Positions 40,324 to 52,304 of a stretch of 62,024 nt of DNA are shown in pieces. A program made the translations under genes and the position numbers. Origin of the DNA: Alphaproteobacteria bacterium MarineAlpha9_Bin6 (GTDB lineage Bacteria > Pseudomonadota > Alphaproteobacteria > UBA7887). The notes below the pieces were generated by a model that saw only the letters and a program-made list of their open reading frames with translations, was not told the DNA's origin and made no database searches. Each line of letters opens with the position of its first letter. Within the stretch, counting starts at the first letter, position 1. The stretch lies in assembly GCA_002937585.1 (NCBI GenBank), contig PTKE01000005.1:1-62024 (forward strand). The letters run 5' to 3'.

Positions 40324-41574
40324 TTAGAACTGCCAACCGAGACCAACATTTAGGCGATCGTCCCCAGAATCTTCCTGAAGGCTGACCTGATTGTAGTCGG
40401 CCTTGATTACAACATCAGGATGTATCCAATAATTGAATCCAATATCAAATTCTTGTTCCTCGCTGTCGGTGTTATCACCAGCTTGACTATCGAATTTTCC
40501 ATAGCGTGTGAATATGCCGAGCACCGCATCGCCGTTGGCGCCCATACCGGGAAGTGTGAACCGATAGGATGGTTCAATGTAGTAACCCCATTGATTGTCA
40601 CGGCCAAAAGACGCAGGTCCAACGCTCGTTGCACCGCCGTCCATGTCCCATGCCGCATATAGGGCCCTCAGACCCCAGCTACCCATACGGATGTCGGCAT
40701 TGACCGTATACAACCAGGCGTCGATGTCTGCCCTAGTATCGTCTCCCGCGATGTCTGTGTTCTGTGTAAGATCAGACTGGTATTGTAAGGAGGCGGCCAG
40801 GCTGACACCTGGCATGCCATTCCATTTAATACGGCCCGTCACAGCGGGGTCTGTCGCGACCGCTTCAGCCACCTTTTGGCGGCCGCTCCGAACGCGGAAG
40901 GCGTTGTTGCCGGTGACAGGTGTTTGCAGTCCAGAGTGAACGAACAAGTCGTAGCCCAGTCCGTTACCTATTGCTCCATTTGCTCCGACGCCTGCTTCCC
41001 ACCAGGTGCTGGGGATAATCTCAGCCTCAACACGGTTGCGCTCGACACCGAAGAATGTCGGTGGTTCATGAGTCTCGTTTAGTAATCCTACTGGAACTAG
41101 ATGAACACCACCATAAATGCGCTGTTCTTTGCCAACATCCCATTCGATAAAGGCTTGCTCCAATTCGATGTCCCCCGGTTGTCCTTCACCGGCGAGAGCA
41201 TGTTCAAGTTCGAGCTCCGATTGGAGACGAAGTTTGTCGTTGAATTCGTATTCCGTAAAGAAAACAAACCGATGAACATCAATTTGCTGAGTATCGCCGG
41301 CATTGTAATGAAGTTCACCATAACCGCCCCAGTGCAATCGGTCATCGCCGCCTTTACCAGCGGCTTGTTCGATCATTTCTCCGGCGGCTTCCACCTTTTG
41401 GTCGGTCTCACTGATTTTTGCCTGAAGTGCTTCAATCGTCGCCTGTTGTTCCTGAATGATCTTCCACATTTCCTCAGCACTTGGTGTTTGGGCACTTGCC
41501 TGACTGACAGCAATTACACTGCCTAAGAAAGATGCCATAAGTGCCGGTCGTAAAGTTTCTGGCGATGCACCCAT
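40324..41574 (-). CDS. Outer-membrane porin (phosphate-selective OprO/P-like fold) with N-terminal coiled coil
   Basis: Signal peptide, coiled coil, GGYGELHYN, D.HRFV.F, ELELEH, LEQAFIE, NETHEP.TF.GVER, C-terminal GLGWQF. Confidence 0.8.
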   Translation of the reverse strand: MGASPETLRPALMASFLGSVIAVSQASAQTPSAEEMWKIIQEQQATIEALQAKISETDQKVEAAGEMIEQAAGKGGDDRLHWGGYGELHYNAGDTQQIDVHRFVFFTEYEFNDKLRLQSELELEHALAGEGQPGDIELEQAFIEWDVGKEQRIYGGVHLVPVGLLNETHEPPTFFGVERNRVEAEIIPSTWWEAGVGANGAIGNGLGYDLFVHSGLQTPVTGNNAFRVRSGRQKVAEAVATDPAVTGRIKWNGMPGVSLAASLQYQSDLTQNTDIAGDDTRADIDAWLYTVNADIRMGSWGLRALYAAWDMDGGATSVGPASFGRDNQWGYYIEPSYRFTLPGMGANGDAVLGIFTRYGKFDSQAGDNTDSEEQEFDIGFNYWIHPDVVIKADYNQVSLQEDSGDDRLNVGLGWQF

Positions 41575-41679
41575 TTTCTGTTTTTCTTTCTATGGCCGGG
41601 GCTTTGATGGTGGTTTTTGGGGCCGGAGCGACTCATGCAGCGAAGCTTAGTTTTAGAAATGAATATTAGCGTTACTAAT

Positions 41680-41714
41680 AATGCGAGGCACCCGCAATGA
41701 GAATCAGTCCTGTT
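41680..41714. promoter_or_regulatory. Candidate Fur/Mur-family operator upstream of porin operon
   Basis: Imperfect 9-1-9 palindrome AATGCGAGG-C-ACCCGCAAT (41680-41698) overlapping AATGAGAATCA, about 105-140 bp upstream of the porin start. Confidence 0.5.
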
Positions 41715-41925
41715 TTCAGTGGGAATGCGTCTTAACCGCATAATTTCAGCGAGATGTGTTAAATTTACCACGGAATGTTCGGCAGGCACCTTTGTCCACA
41801 CACTAGCTGCGCAGAGAGCGGAAAACCCTGTCTACTGGAGGAACTGTTCTATCACCGTGGTATAGGATTTTGCTGTTGTGTTAACGGACGTGGGTTGGTG
41901 TACCACTATTGGATAACTAGCACGA

Positions 41926-42723
41926 TTATCTTTTGGGGCATCTGGTTTCGTCGGGCATGTCGAAGGGTGGTACATGGGACGAAAGCTGTGCAGCGATAAG
42001 GAATTCGACATTCCCTCGCGGGCCGGTTATTGGGCTCCTTTCTATTCCCAAGACAGTCCACTCCCGTTGCGTACCCAACCATGCCTCGATTTTTTGACAG
42101 ACGATGGTGTGGACCGCTGGGTCCCGCACTACACCACCTTTCCCGACTTGGTGTCGTTCTGCCTCAAACTGCGGTTTGATTAACGCTATCAATTTAGCTC
42201 CAGGCTGGGCGCGCTGAAGGGGGGCTGGTAAAACCTTGGTCAAGCTAATGAAACTAGCATCGCAGGTAATCAACCCTACTCGTTCCGGTACTTGGTTGGG
42301 ATCTAAATAACGGGCATTAACGCGCTCGCGAACTATTACCCGAGGATCATTGCGGAGTCGCCAATCAAGCTGACCGTACCCGCTGTCGACTGCATAAACT
42401 TTGATTGCACCGCGTGTTAACAACACATCCGTAAAGCCGCCGGCGGATGCGCCAATATCGAGGCATATTGCGCCTCGGGGTACGATTTTGAAATGATCGA
42501 GAGCGTGCGCGAGCTTTATTCCACCGCGTGATGCCCATGGGTGCGGTCGACCGCGGATTATGAGGTTTATATTAGATTCTACTCGTTGGCCTGGCTTGTC
42601 GAGCCGTGTTTCCCCCCGAAACACTAACCCGGCCATAATTGATGCTCTTGCCTGAGACCGACTGGTCGCGAAGCCGCGGGTGACCAAAAGGTCATCAAGG
42701 CGAGGTTTGTCACGATTTGCCAT
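41926..42723 (-). CDS. tlyA: TlyA rRNA 2'-O-methyltransferase
   Basis: S4 domain RLD.LL..RG...SR, SRGG.KL..AL, DIGAS.GGFTD.LL, D.SFISL, LIKPQFE, SPI.G..GN.EFL. Confidence 0.93.
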   Translation of the reverse strand: MANRDKPRLDDLLVTRGFATSRSQARASIMAGLVFRGETRLDKPGQRVESNINLIIRGRPHPWASRGGIKLAHALDHFKIVPRGAICLDIGASAGGFTDVLLTRGAIKVYAVDSGYGQLDWRLRNDPRVIVRERVNARYLDPNQVPERVGLITCDASFISLTKVLPAPLQRAQPGAKLIALIKPQFEAERHQVGKGGVVRDPAVHTIVCQKIEAWLGTQREWTVLGIERSPITGPRGNVEFLIAAQLSSHVPPFDMPDETRCPKR

Positions 42724-42786
42724 CTTTGCTTGTCTATCCGTGTGGCAGTCTCCATAGAACTCAAATTTTTGCTGTCGATACCAAGT

Positions 42787-43674
42787 TTAATGACTGCGAG
42801 AAACAACGAATTGCGCAACATCTCGTAGCATCTCGGCGCGGCCATTAAAGTGTGCGAGGCAGGCAATTGACTGCTCAATTAAGGTCTGAGCCTTGGAGCG
42901 AGCCTCCGCGACACCAAGCAATGATACAAAAGTAGCTTTACCAGCATCATCATCTTTTCGGACACTCTTGCCAATTTTGTCTTGGTTTCCCTCAACATCA
43001 AGTAAATCGTCTGTTATTTGGAAGGCTAGGCCGAGCGCCTGGGCATACCCTGCTAAAGCCGCTCGGTCTTTTGAGGTTGCCGACCCCAGGATTGTTCCTG
43101 CTTCCACACAAAATCCAAATAATGATCCGGTCTTGAGTTGTTGAAGTCGGGTAATTTCAGAAAGGTTGAGGGAGTGATTTTCGGCATGCAGATCGATCGC
43201 TTGGCCACCAATCATCCCAGCCATGCCCGCAGCTTGTGCAAGTCCATGACTTAGTTGAGAACGAATTTCAGAGTCAATTTTAGTGTCCGGCCGGTTCAAT
43301 ATCTCGAAGGCAAGTGTAAGCAAACCATCACCTGCAAGGATCGCTGTAGCCTCCCCGAAGATCTTATGGTTAGTCGGCTCACCGCGCCTCAGGTCGTCAT
43401 TATCCATTGCTGGCAAATCGTCATGTACTAAAGAATAACAATGGATTAACTCGACGGCTGCCGCTACTCGCACCGACTGCCTCGTGGGTACGTTAAACAT
43501 AGCCGCGCTTTCCATCAAAAGAAACGGCCGCAAGCGTTTCCCCCCGCCGAGGGCTGAATATTGCATGGAGTCTGATAAAGTTGAAAGCGCTCCCTGATCG
43601 ACTGGTATCAGCACGGTCAGTTCTTTTTGGACGGTTTTAGCAACCGCTACCATCTTTTCATCGAGTTTCCTCAA
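42787..43674 (-). CDS. ispA: Farnesyl diphosphate synthase
   Basis: GGKRLRP, HDDLPAMDNDDLRRG, GQAID, KTG.L, FQITDDLLD. Confidence 0.95.
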   Translation of the reverse strand: MRKLDEKMVAVAKTVQKELTVLIPVDQGALSTLSDSMQYSALGGGKRLRPFLLMESAAMFNVPTRQSVRVAAAVELIHCYSLVHDDLPAMDNDDLRRGEPTNHKIFGEATAILAGDGLLTLAFEILNRPDTKIDSEIRSQLSHGLAQAAGMAGMIGGQAIDLHAENHSLNLSEITRLQQLKTGSLFGFCVEAGTILGSATSKDRAALAGYAQALGLAFQITDDLLDVEGNQDKIGKSVRKDDDAGKATFVSLLGVAEARSKAQTLIEQSIACLAHFNGRAEMLRDVAQFVVSRSH

Positions 43675-43937
43675 AACGGTGGATCATTCTCGGTCCCGAC
43701 GGATTCTTCGGTAACGGCACCGTCCGCGCCCAGCTTAATTTTGCTGACTTTCTCCTGAGCTTCACGCAGTTTTGTATCGCAGTGCTGCTTGAGTGCTGCG
43801 CCGCGTTCATACGCTTGGATCGCACCATCGAGGTCAATTTCTCCACTTTCGATTCGACGTACGATTTCCTCAAGCTCACCGAGTGCTTCTTCAAAAGTCA
43901 TCTTGGAAATTTTAGAGGCTGTGTCCTTTTGAGCCAT
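43671..43937 (-). CDS. xseB: Exodeoxyribonuclease VII small subunit
   Basis: TFEEAL.ELE.IV..IESG...L..AI..YERG..L...C...L..A. Likely start MAQKD at 43937. Confidence 0.92.
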   Translation of the reverse strand: MAQKDTASKISKMTFEEALGELEEIVRRIESGEIDLDGAIQAYERGAALKQHCDTKLREAQEKVSKIKLGADGAVTEESVGTENDPPF

Positions 43938-44055
43938 GATCCATCTTCCGTCCCGATGCTTCGTCGAGTGCAATGACCAAGTGTACGGATGTGAGAACCT
44001 TCAGACAAGCCAGCACAAATTCATCGGCTGTTTCTGTTATGAACACTGCCTCTCG

Positions 44056-44835
44056 CTATTCCACTGTCCAATTAGGTGCACGTTTTTCAGCGAATGCCTT
44101 TGGCCCTTCTACGAAGTCGGCGCTGTCGTACAGTGACTGCACGGCCGGGTAAACAGAGTCTATTGCATCTTTAAGTAATGGTTTGTCCAGGCCTCGGTAC
44201 ACGGCCTGTTTAGAGGCACGTAGCGACATGGGGGAGCACTCCAATATCATTTCTGCCCACTGCTTAGATGTGGCCATAAGACCCGCCTGGGTAGTTACTT
44301 CGTTTACGAAACCTAATTCCTTTCCTTCTTTTGCTGTGACCCGACGTCCGGTCAAAATCATTCCTAGTGCCTGTTTTTGGGGGATCATGCGAGGCAGGCG
44401 ATGCAGACCGCCGGCTAAGGCCGCTAGACCCACTCGCGGCTCGGGTAGAGCGAAGACCGCATTGTCGGAAGCGATAATCAGATCACAGGCGAGTGCAATC
44501 TCAAATCCACCGCCCATAGCGTAACCATTGACCGCTGCTATCACCGGCTTTTCTAGATCAAAGCGTTGCGTCAAGCCGCCGAAACCGCTTGCTGGCCGTT
44601 CGCGTGATCCCCCTGCAGCTTGGTATTTGAGGTCGTTACCTGCGCTAAACGCTTTGTCGCCTGCACCAGTGATAATGGCGACCCATTGTTTTGGATCGGC
44701 TGCGAAATCGTTAAACACCGAGTCGAATTCGAAATGCGCGGGCGGATGTAGTGCGTTGTATACGGCCGGGCGGTTGATGGTGATGACGGTCAGTTTTGCT
44801 TCCCGTTCAACTGTCAGAAATTCATAGTCTGGCAT
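44056..44835 (-). CDS. Enoyl-CoA hydratase (CaiD-like crotonase)
   Basis: INRP..YNAL, FSAGNDLK, GGGFEIALACD, LPEPRVG (both catalytic Glu), EGP.AFAEKR.P.W. Confidence 0.9.
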   Translation of the reverse strand: MPDYEFLTVEREAKLTVITINRPAVYNALHPPAHFEFDSVFNDFAADPKQWVAIITGAGDKAFSAGNDLKYQAAGGSRERPASGFGGLTQRFDLEKPVIAAVNGYAMGGGFEIALACDLIIASDNAVFALPEPRVGLAALAGGLHRLPRMIPQKQALGMILTGRRVTAKEGKELGFVNEVTTQAGLMATSKQWAEMILECSPMSLRASKQAVYRGLDKPLLKDAIDSVYPAVQSLYDSADFVEGPKAFAEKRAPNWTVE

Positions 44836-45020
44836 AATGTTCTCTCTGGATAGATAAAGGCCAATGTTCGAAACAGTATTCGGTTTTCAGGGCAGGTCTT
44901 CCGATATGACACTCGACTGAAGTTTCTATATAACGAAGTAAGATCTGCGTTTGATTTCCACTTTGTGTACTATTTTACGTGGAATACGCACCGAAAAAAA
45001 AGATGGGATGACGGCATCAT

Positions 45021-45860
45021 TCAATCGAAAAAAAGCATTGACCTAATTTCAATGCTCTCACGCGGTACTGCTTCGGCCGAAGTGTCTGGGTATTTAAATG
45101 AGCCGTGAGCAGTCCATCGAGCTGTCCCATCGGTAAGGGAATCATAACATTTCAGCAGTACAATCTCATCGCACATTAGCTTAGGGAAAAAATACCAGCG
45201 TTGGGTCGGGTTAAAGGCAAGATTGTAGATACGGCCAATGCGTTTATTTGGATAGTGCCGTTCCGCTACGATTAGATCATCGTCTCGAATAGCAGCGTAT
45301 TCGCAAATTGCGAGTGGCGCAGTTTGCACTGGTTCGCGAATTGCGCGCCATACATTAACCGATCCAAAACGCTTTTTTAGCCGTGCTTTTGCTTCTTTGG
45401 CTGGCAATAGATCCCGCACTCTCTGTTCGGCAGAAGCGATGGTGAAGTCATTGTGGACAATCGCTGCCGGAGGGCGGGCATTTTTTTTTGTAAGTGCATT
45501 GTTATCGTCAATCCGACGAGTGTGATCGAAGATTAATGCTTTGGCAGCGCCGGTAACTTTTTTTAGCAAGTTCTCCATCTCTGGGTAATAGATCTGTTGA
45601 ACCTCATCGTCGTTATAAAAGTCGGATACCTCCGTGCCTTGTCGCATGAGTGCAAAGCCTTCGCGGTCTAGATCGAACCGATTAGCTTGCAACCGTCCAT
45701 TGCGAATGAAGACGTCTCGACGCACAAAGTTGCCGGTTCGTTTATCTAGTCCCTCACCAATGGAATTGACTAGGGCGACCGGCGCAGTGTTATTGTCGCG
45801 ACAAAACTCAAGTTCAGCATTTACACCTGCTATGTTATTTTCAGCTGCCACGTTTTGCAT
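45021..45860 (-). CDS. CmcJ/NvfI (AsaB-like) putative Fe/2-oxoglutarate-type oxidoreductase
   Basis: YY.E, FDHT.R, VHNDFT (HxD), NVWR, PLA.C, YNL.F.P.QRWY.FP, K.YDS, AH..F, RESIE.R. Confidence 0.78.
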   Translation of the reverse strand: MQNVAAENNIAGVNAELEFCRDNNTAPVALVNSIGEGLDKRTGNFVRRDVFIRNGRLQANRFDLDREGFALMRQGTEVSDFYNDDEVQQIYYPEMENLLKKVTGAAKALIFDHTRRIDDNNALTKKNARPPAAIVHNDFTIASAEQRVRDLLPAKEAKARLKKRFGSVNVWRAIREPVQTAPLAICEYAAIRDDDLIVAERHYPNKRIGRIYNLAFNPTQRWYFFPKLMCDEIVLLKCYDSLTDGTARWTAHGSFKYPDTSAEAVPRESIEIRSMLFFD

Positions 45861-46247
45861 GTGTATATCCTTGTGAATGTTCCAGCGCCGGCTCGAGAAT
45901 TCTTTATAAGCTATTTACACTTCCGTGGTATTTTTTGTGATAAGTCACTAGGTGCGCTAAACGGCCGTTGTGTGGTCTCTATTTTGGGCTGGCGCGGAGT
46001 TATGCGCGCACAATCCATTATGCACAAAGCTAGCCCGCGAACAGCAACGCAAGCGCAATAGATATCGTATTTTCTGGCAATAACGGCTCTTGCTGACACA
46101 TTTAACAGGCCCAAATCCGGCTGTTCTCGATCATATATCCTGGAGTTTTTGGTAACAGCTTGCTTGGTTGGCAGGAAGCGACTAAGGCTCCTCTATGGAT
46201 GGACACTGATTACAAAAGGCGGTCCGCGGACTGGGATAGGAGAGCCT

Positions 46248-47744
46248 ATGGCTAATATGCTGCATCACTGGATTAACGGTCAGAAGGTTAAAGCTGCTAA
46301 CGGCAATCTCGGGCAAATTTTTAATCCAGCGACCGGTGAGGTCGCGTCTCAGGTTCCGTTTGCTAGCACTAAACAGGTTGGGGACGCGATTGCTTCTGCT
46401 CAGGCGGCGCTACCTGCATGGTCCGCCACTCCACCGATTCAGCGCGCGCGCGTAATGTTTCGATTTAAGGCCTTGCTCGAGGAGAATATTGATGAAATTG
46501 CTACTTTGGTTTCATCCGAACATGGCAAAATTCTCGATGATGCGCGTGGGTCAACCACGCGCGGCCTTGAGGTGGTGGAATTTGCATGTGGCATACCACA
46601 CCTCCTCAAAGGCGAGTTCACCGAGCAAGTTGGGACTAATGTTGACTCATACTCTATCCGCCAGCCCGTAGGGGTATGTGTTGGTATTACACCATTCAAT
46701 TTTCCGGCCATGATCCCGTTGTGGATGTTTCCGCTTGCAGTTGCTTGCGGAAACACCTTTGTACTCAAACCATCCGAAAAGGATCCGTCATGTCCGCTGC
46801 GCCTCGCAGAATTGTTTAAGGAGGCGGGAGGGCCGGATGGGGTTCTGAACGTCATCAATGGCGATAAACTAGCGGTTGATGCTTTGCTCACGGACCCTCG
46901 GGTTGATGCGGTAAGCTTCGTTGGCTCGACGCCTATTGCAGAATATGTATATGCGACAGCAGCAGCGAACGGTAAGCGGGTACAGGCCCTGGGTGGCGCA
47001 AAAAATCATATGGTTGTTATGCCTGATGCTGATTTCGATCAGGCTACAGATGCTTTGATGGGCGCGGCGTACGGATCCGCCGGGGAACGTTGTATGGCAG
47101 TGTCGGTAGCTGTTGCGGTCGGTGAATCAGCACTACCATTGATCAAAAAATTAACACCCCGGGTCCAAAGCCTTAAAATTGGGCCCTATACAGATCCTGA
47201 TGCAGAAATGGGCCCAGTAGTGAGTGCACAAGCACTTGAACGGATTAAGGGGCTCGTTGACTCTGGGGTTTCGCAGGGCGCTGAGTTAGTTGTTGACGGT
47301 CGCGAAACAACTTTGCAGGGCTATGAAGAAGGGTTTTTCCTCGGTGGCTGTCTCTTTGATAAAGTAACGCCCGAGATGGATATTTATCGTGAGGAAATCT
47401 TTGGCCCGGTTTTGTCTGTCGTGCGTGTGCCGGATTATGAGAGTGCTTTGCAACTTGTGTGTGACAATCCCTATGGAAATGGCGCTGCGATATTCACTCG
47501 TGATGGTGATGCCGCACGAGATTTCACTAAGCGTTCCAATATAGGTATGGTTGGGGTTAATGTTCCGATTCCTGTGCCCGTCGCTTACCACAGTTTCGGT
47601 GGGTGGAAGCGATCCATGTTTGGAAGTTCAAACACTCACGGGATGGATGGCGTTCGTTTTTACACTCGGATTAAAACCGTTACGGCTAGGTGGCCATCCG
47701 GAATTCGTCAAGGTGCGGATTTTTCAATTCCGACATTAAAATAA
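46248..47744 (+). CDS. mmsA: CoA-acylating methylmalonate-semialdehyde dehydrogenase
   Basis: ITPFNFPAM.P.WM, KPSEKDP, SFVGST, GGAKNH, GSAGERCMA, EEIFGPV. Start ATG 46248. Confidence 0.95.
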   Translation: MANMLHHWINGQKVKAANGNLGQIFNPATGEVASQVPFASTKQVGDAIASAQAALPAWSATPPIQRARVMFRFKALLEENIDEIATLVSSEHGKILDDARGSTTRGLEVVEFACGIPHLLKGEFTEQVGTNVDSYSIRQPVGVCVGITPFNFPAMIPLWMFPLAVACGNTFVLKPSEKDPSCPLRLAELFKEAGGPDGVLNVINGDKLAVDALLTDPRVDAVSFVGSTPIAEYVYATAAANGKRVQALGGAKNHMVVMPDADFDQATDALMGAAYGSAGERCMAVSVAVAVGESALPLIKKLTPRVQSLKIGPYTDPDAEMGPVVSAQALERIKGLVDSGVSQGAELVVDGRETTLQGYEEGFFLGGCLFDKVTPEMDIYREEIFGPVLSVVRVPDYESALQLVCDNPYGNGAAIFTRDGDAARDFTKRSNIGMVGVNVPIPVPVAYHSFGGWKRSMFGSSNTHGMDGVRFYTRIKTVTARWPSGIRQGADFSIPTLK

Positions 47745-47788
47745 GGCTGCCGTAACACGGCCGTGTTGTATTGCTCGGATTTGCCAAA

Positions 47789-48913
47789 ATGACCGATGGG
47801 CCAGTTGCCATTTATCAAGGGTAGATCCGGACAGGTGTGCTCCGACCGGATCCAGTATAGGAGCTGGCTGCCTAAAGGTTCCAAATTTTGTATGAAAGCC
47901 TCCGAGGTTATCGCCTGTCTGGAAAGCCACGATTTTCACTTCTCGCTCGAGTGGGGCTCAAACGGGGTGTGCCAGTGCCCAAGGGTATTTATCTGTTTGG
48001 TGGTGTTGGGCGGGGTAAGACCGGGTCAATGGATCTGTTCTACGCGGCAGCGCTAGCCAGCCCGAAACGTCGGGCTCATTTTCAAGTGTTCATGCTCGAA
48101 ATGCATCGGTGGATTGACTATTGGCGTAAAAATGGTGGAACCAAAGACGGCGAAGCTGACCCAATTTTCTCGCTGGTGGCAAATTTGGCGTCCAAAGCTT
48201 TTCTTTTGTGTTTCGACGAATTCGAAGTTCGTGATGTGGGGGATGTCCTGATTATGCGTTATTTGTCTTCCGCTCTTTGGGGTCACAACGTGCTGGTCGT
48301 GATGACATTTAATTGGTCTCCAGATGACATTTATCTTAATTGATTGTAACGAGAATTGTTCTTTCCCTTCATAGATATACTTGAAGATCGAATTGATCTT
48401 ATTGAATTGGGTTTGGGACTCGACTGTCGAGTGCGCAGTTGGCGGCAAATACAAGTCTATTTTATGCCGCTTTAGGGTTCGGCAAACTTTTTCATGAGCG
48501 ATGGTGTTCACGAACTGATTGGTGACGTCGACGTAATTACTGAAACGCTCATTGTGGATGGTCGAACACTTAAAGTTCTTGGGATTAATCAGGGTGTGCT
48601 TTGGTTTACTTTCGGAGGGATGTGCGATCAGTCGCTGGGGGCCGCAGACTACCTTGCACTTGCTGTGCGATATCACACCTTATTATTGTCCAACATTCCC
48701 GTAATGACGCTAGAACAACGGAATGAGGCTAAACGTTTTGCGACTCTGATAGATATTCTTTACGAGCACAATGTTAAGTTCGTGTGCAATGCCGCAGCAG
48801 TTCCCAAAGCACTTTATCCTTCTGGGAATGTCGCCCTTGAGTTCACTCGAACTGCGTCGCGACTACGCAAAATGTACACCGCGCAGTATTTAACTCGCAC
48901 CCAAGTGGCATAA
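47789..48913 (+). pseudogene. zapE: Cell-division ATPase ZapE (AFG1 family) pseudogene
   Basis: One reading frame from ATG 47789 with KGIYL.GGVGRGKT, LCFDEF, EAKRF.TLID.LYE and F.RT.SRL, interrupted by stops at 47822, 47858, 47873, 48341, 48347 and 48473. Canonical position before mdh. Confidence 0.9.
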
Positions 48914-48997
48914 TAGAACCCACGTGCGGACCTTGCCGGGTCTCAACAATTTGTCTACCTAGCAACAATTAACAACTGCACGCCCTTGGGAGGGTAG

Positions 48998-49972
<975 letters not shown>

Positions 49973-50008
49973 CGATCGTGCGGATGGGTCAGTTAAGCGA
50001 AAGTTGAG

Positions 50009-51178
50009 ATGAATATTCACGAATATCAAGCGAAGGCCATTCTAAGGAAATTCGGCGTTGCCGTGCCGCGAGGCCGTGTTGCCTATACTACAGTAGAGGC
50101 GGAAGAGGTAGCTCAGGAACTCGGGGGTCCTGCATGGGTGGTCAAGGCTCAAATCCACGCTGGGGGCCGTGGCAAGGGTGGCGGCGTCAAGCTTTGCACA
50201 ACAGTTCAAGAGGTTGTTGATGCGGCTAAGGCAATGATAGGGATGAACTTAGTAACCCATCAGACGGGGGCTGATGGCAAAGAAGTCAAACGGGTTTACA
50301 TAGAGGACGGATGTGAAATTGCGCGCGAGCTATACCTTGGTGTGTTGCTTGATCGTGCGAATAGTCGCTTGGCGGTTATAGGTTCAGCGGAAGGTGGAAT
50401 GGACATTGAGGAAGTGGTGGGCACCGCCCCCGAAAAGATTCTTCGCGCAACCATAGACCCCGCAACCGGGCTGCTTCCTCATCATGCGCGCAATCTGGCA
50501 TTTGGGTTGGGTCTAAATGGAAAACAGGCCCTTGATGCCGTCAAATTTATTGGCGGAGTTTATGACGCATTCACTGCTACTGACGCGAACCTAGTTGAAA
50601 TTAACCCAATGGTAGTAACGAGAAGTAATGAGTTGTTAGCGCTCGACGCGAAAATGAACTTTGATGACAATGCCCTCTTCCGTCATCCTGAACTTGCCGA
50701 GTTGCGTGATGAGAATGAAGAGGATCCGCGTGAGCGGGAGGCCCGGCGTTATGATCTCAGCTATATCAAGCTCGATGGTAACATAGGCTGCATGGTCAAT
50801 GGTGCTGGTTTAGCCATGGCGACGATGGACATTATAAAACTCTACGGCGGAAAACCCGCTAATTTTCTTGACGTTGGAGGGGGCGCTACTGGGGAAAGGG
50901 TGACCAAGGCGTTTAAGATCATCCTTTCAGACCCTGATGTTGAAGGGGTGCTGGTGAATATTTTTGGAGGCATAATGCGTTGTGATGTGATTGCCGAGGG
51001 TATTGTCGCAGCAGCGCGTGAAGTTAGTGTTCGCGTCCCTTTGGTGGTCAGGTTGGAAGGCACTAATGTGGACTTAGGTAAGAACATACTTGCCAAATCA
51101 GGTTTATCGCTCGTGACTGCAGACCATCTAGCTGATGCCGCGAAAAAAGTGGTAAAGGCGGTTATGGTGGGACTCTGA
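50009..51178 (+). CDS. sucC: Succinyl-CoA synthetase beta subunit
   Basis: [42 protein letters not shown]. Confidence 0.97.
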   Translation: MNIHEYQAKAILRKFGVAVPRGRVAYTTVEAEEVAQELGGPAWVVKAQIHAGGRGKGGGVKLCTTVQEVVDAAKAMIGMNLVTHQTGADGKEVKRVYIEDGCEIARELYLGVLLDRANSRLAVIGSAEGGMDIEEVVGTAPEKILRATIDPATGLLPHHARNLAFGLGLNGKQALDAVKFIGGVYDAFTATDANLVEINPMVVTRSNELLALDAKMNFDDNALFRHPELAELRDENEEDPREREARRYDLSYIKLDGNIGCMVNGAGLAMATMDIIKLYGGKPANFLDVGGGATGERVTKAFKIILSDPDVEGVLVNIFGGIMRCDVIAEGIVAAAREVSVRVPLVVRLEGTNVDLGKNILAKSGLSLVTADHLADAAKKVVKAVMVGL

Positions 51179-52053
51179 TGGCCGCGCTTGTTGATTCGTC
51201 AACCACAGTAATTTGCCAGGGTTTTACTGGACGCCAGGGAACATTTCATTGTGACCAGGCAATTGCATATGGCACCAAAATGGTTGGTGGTGTGACACCA
51301 GGTAAGGGAGGTAGCACGCATCTTGATTTGCCGATTTTTAATACCGTTCATGAAGCGGTCGTGAGGACGGGTGCAAATGCCACAGTGATCTATGTTCCGC
51401 CTGCTTACGCGGCTGATGCAATTTTGGAGGCAATCGATTCCGGGATCGAATTGGCGGTCTGCATTACTGAGGGTATTCCTGTCGCCGATATGATTAGGGT
51501 CAAGCGGGTTCTGTATGGCTCCAAGACTCGACTGATTGGGCCAAATTGCCCTGGTATCATTACGCCTGATCAGTGCAAGATCGGTATTATGCCGGGGCAT
51601 ATTCATGCTGCTGGAAAAATAGGCATTATTTCGCGCTCAGGTACACTGACTTATGAGGCTGTAGCGCAGACTACCGCGGCGGGACTTGGGCAGAGCACTT
51701 GTATTGGCATAGGAGGTGACCCCGTTAACGGCACTAATTTCGTAGATTGCATGGAGCTATTTATTAGCGATCCGGAGACGGAAGGTATCATCATGATTGG
51801 TGAAATTGGAGGCACGGCCGAGGAGGAGGCGGGAGAATTTTTGATCCGGTCAGGTAATGTCAAGCCGGTTGTCAGTTTTATAGCGGGTGTTAGTGCCCCC
51901 CCGGGTCGCCAAATGGGCCATGCTGGAGCCATTGTTTCGGGTGGAACGGGTGGTGCTGCCGAAAAGATTGAGGCGCTACGAAGCGCCAATGTTGTAGTCG
52001 TGACATCTCCCGCTGATATCGGGTCCACAATGGCCAGGGTTTTGCAAGGCTGA
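51178..52053 (+). CDS. sucD: Succinyl-CoA synthetase alpha subunit
   Basis: [30 protein letters not shown]. Confidence 0.97.
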   Translation: MAALVDSSTTVICQGFTGRQGTFHCDQAIAYGTKMVGGVTPGKGGSTHLDLPIFNTVHEAVVRTGANATVIYVPPAYAADAILEAIDSGIELAVCITEGIPVADMIRVKRVLYGSKTRLIGPNCPGIITPDQCKIGIMPGHIHAAGKIGIISRSGTLTYEAVAQTTAAGLGQSTCIGIGGDPVNGTNFVDCMELFISDPETEGIIMIGEIGGTAEEEAGEFLIRSGNVKPVVSFIAGVSAPPGRQMGHAGAIVSGGTGGAAEKIEALRSANVVVVTSPADIGSTMARVLQG

Positions 52054-52304
52054 TTTGAGGGTTCTCCCGATCCATCTTATGAGGATACCTTGTGTGTCAG
52101 CCTGTATATTTGCGGCGGTTGAGTAAATCCAGGATCTTTTCGTTCAAACAAGGCGTGCAACCGCTTAGATAGGAAAGGTTTGGGTCACTATGGCGTTGAC
52201 TGTGCAGTATCTTGCCCAAAATAGTGTGCTGGACTTAGTTATATCAAGCGGTGAGAATAGCTCGCTTTTGGCTCTGGCTTGCGCTGACAATCTAACAACT
52301 TAAT

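Noticed and set aside
42742-42790. 'LGIDSKNL' as a remnant of the dxs C-terminus
   Set aside because: Too short to distinguish from chance.
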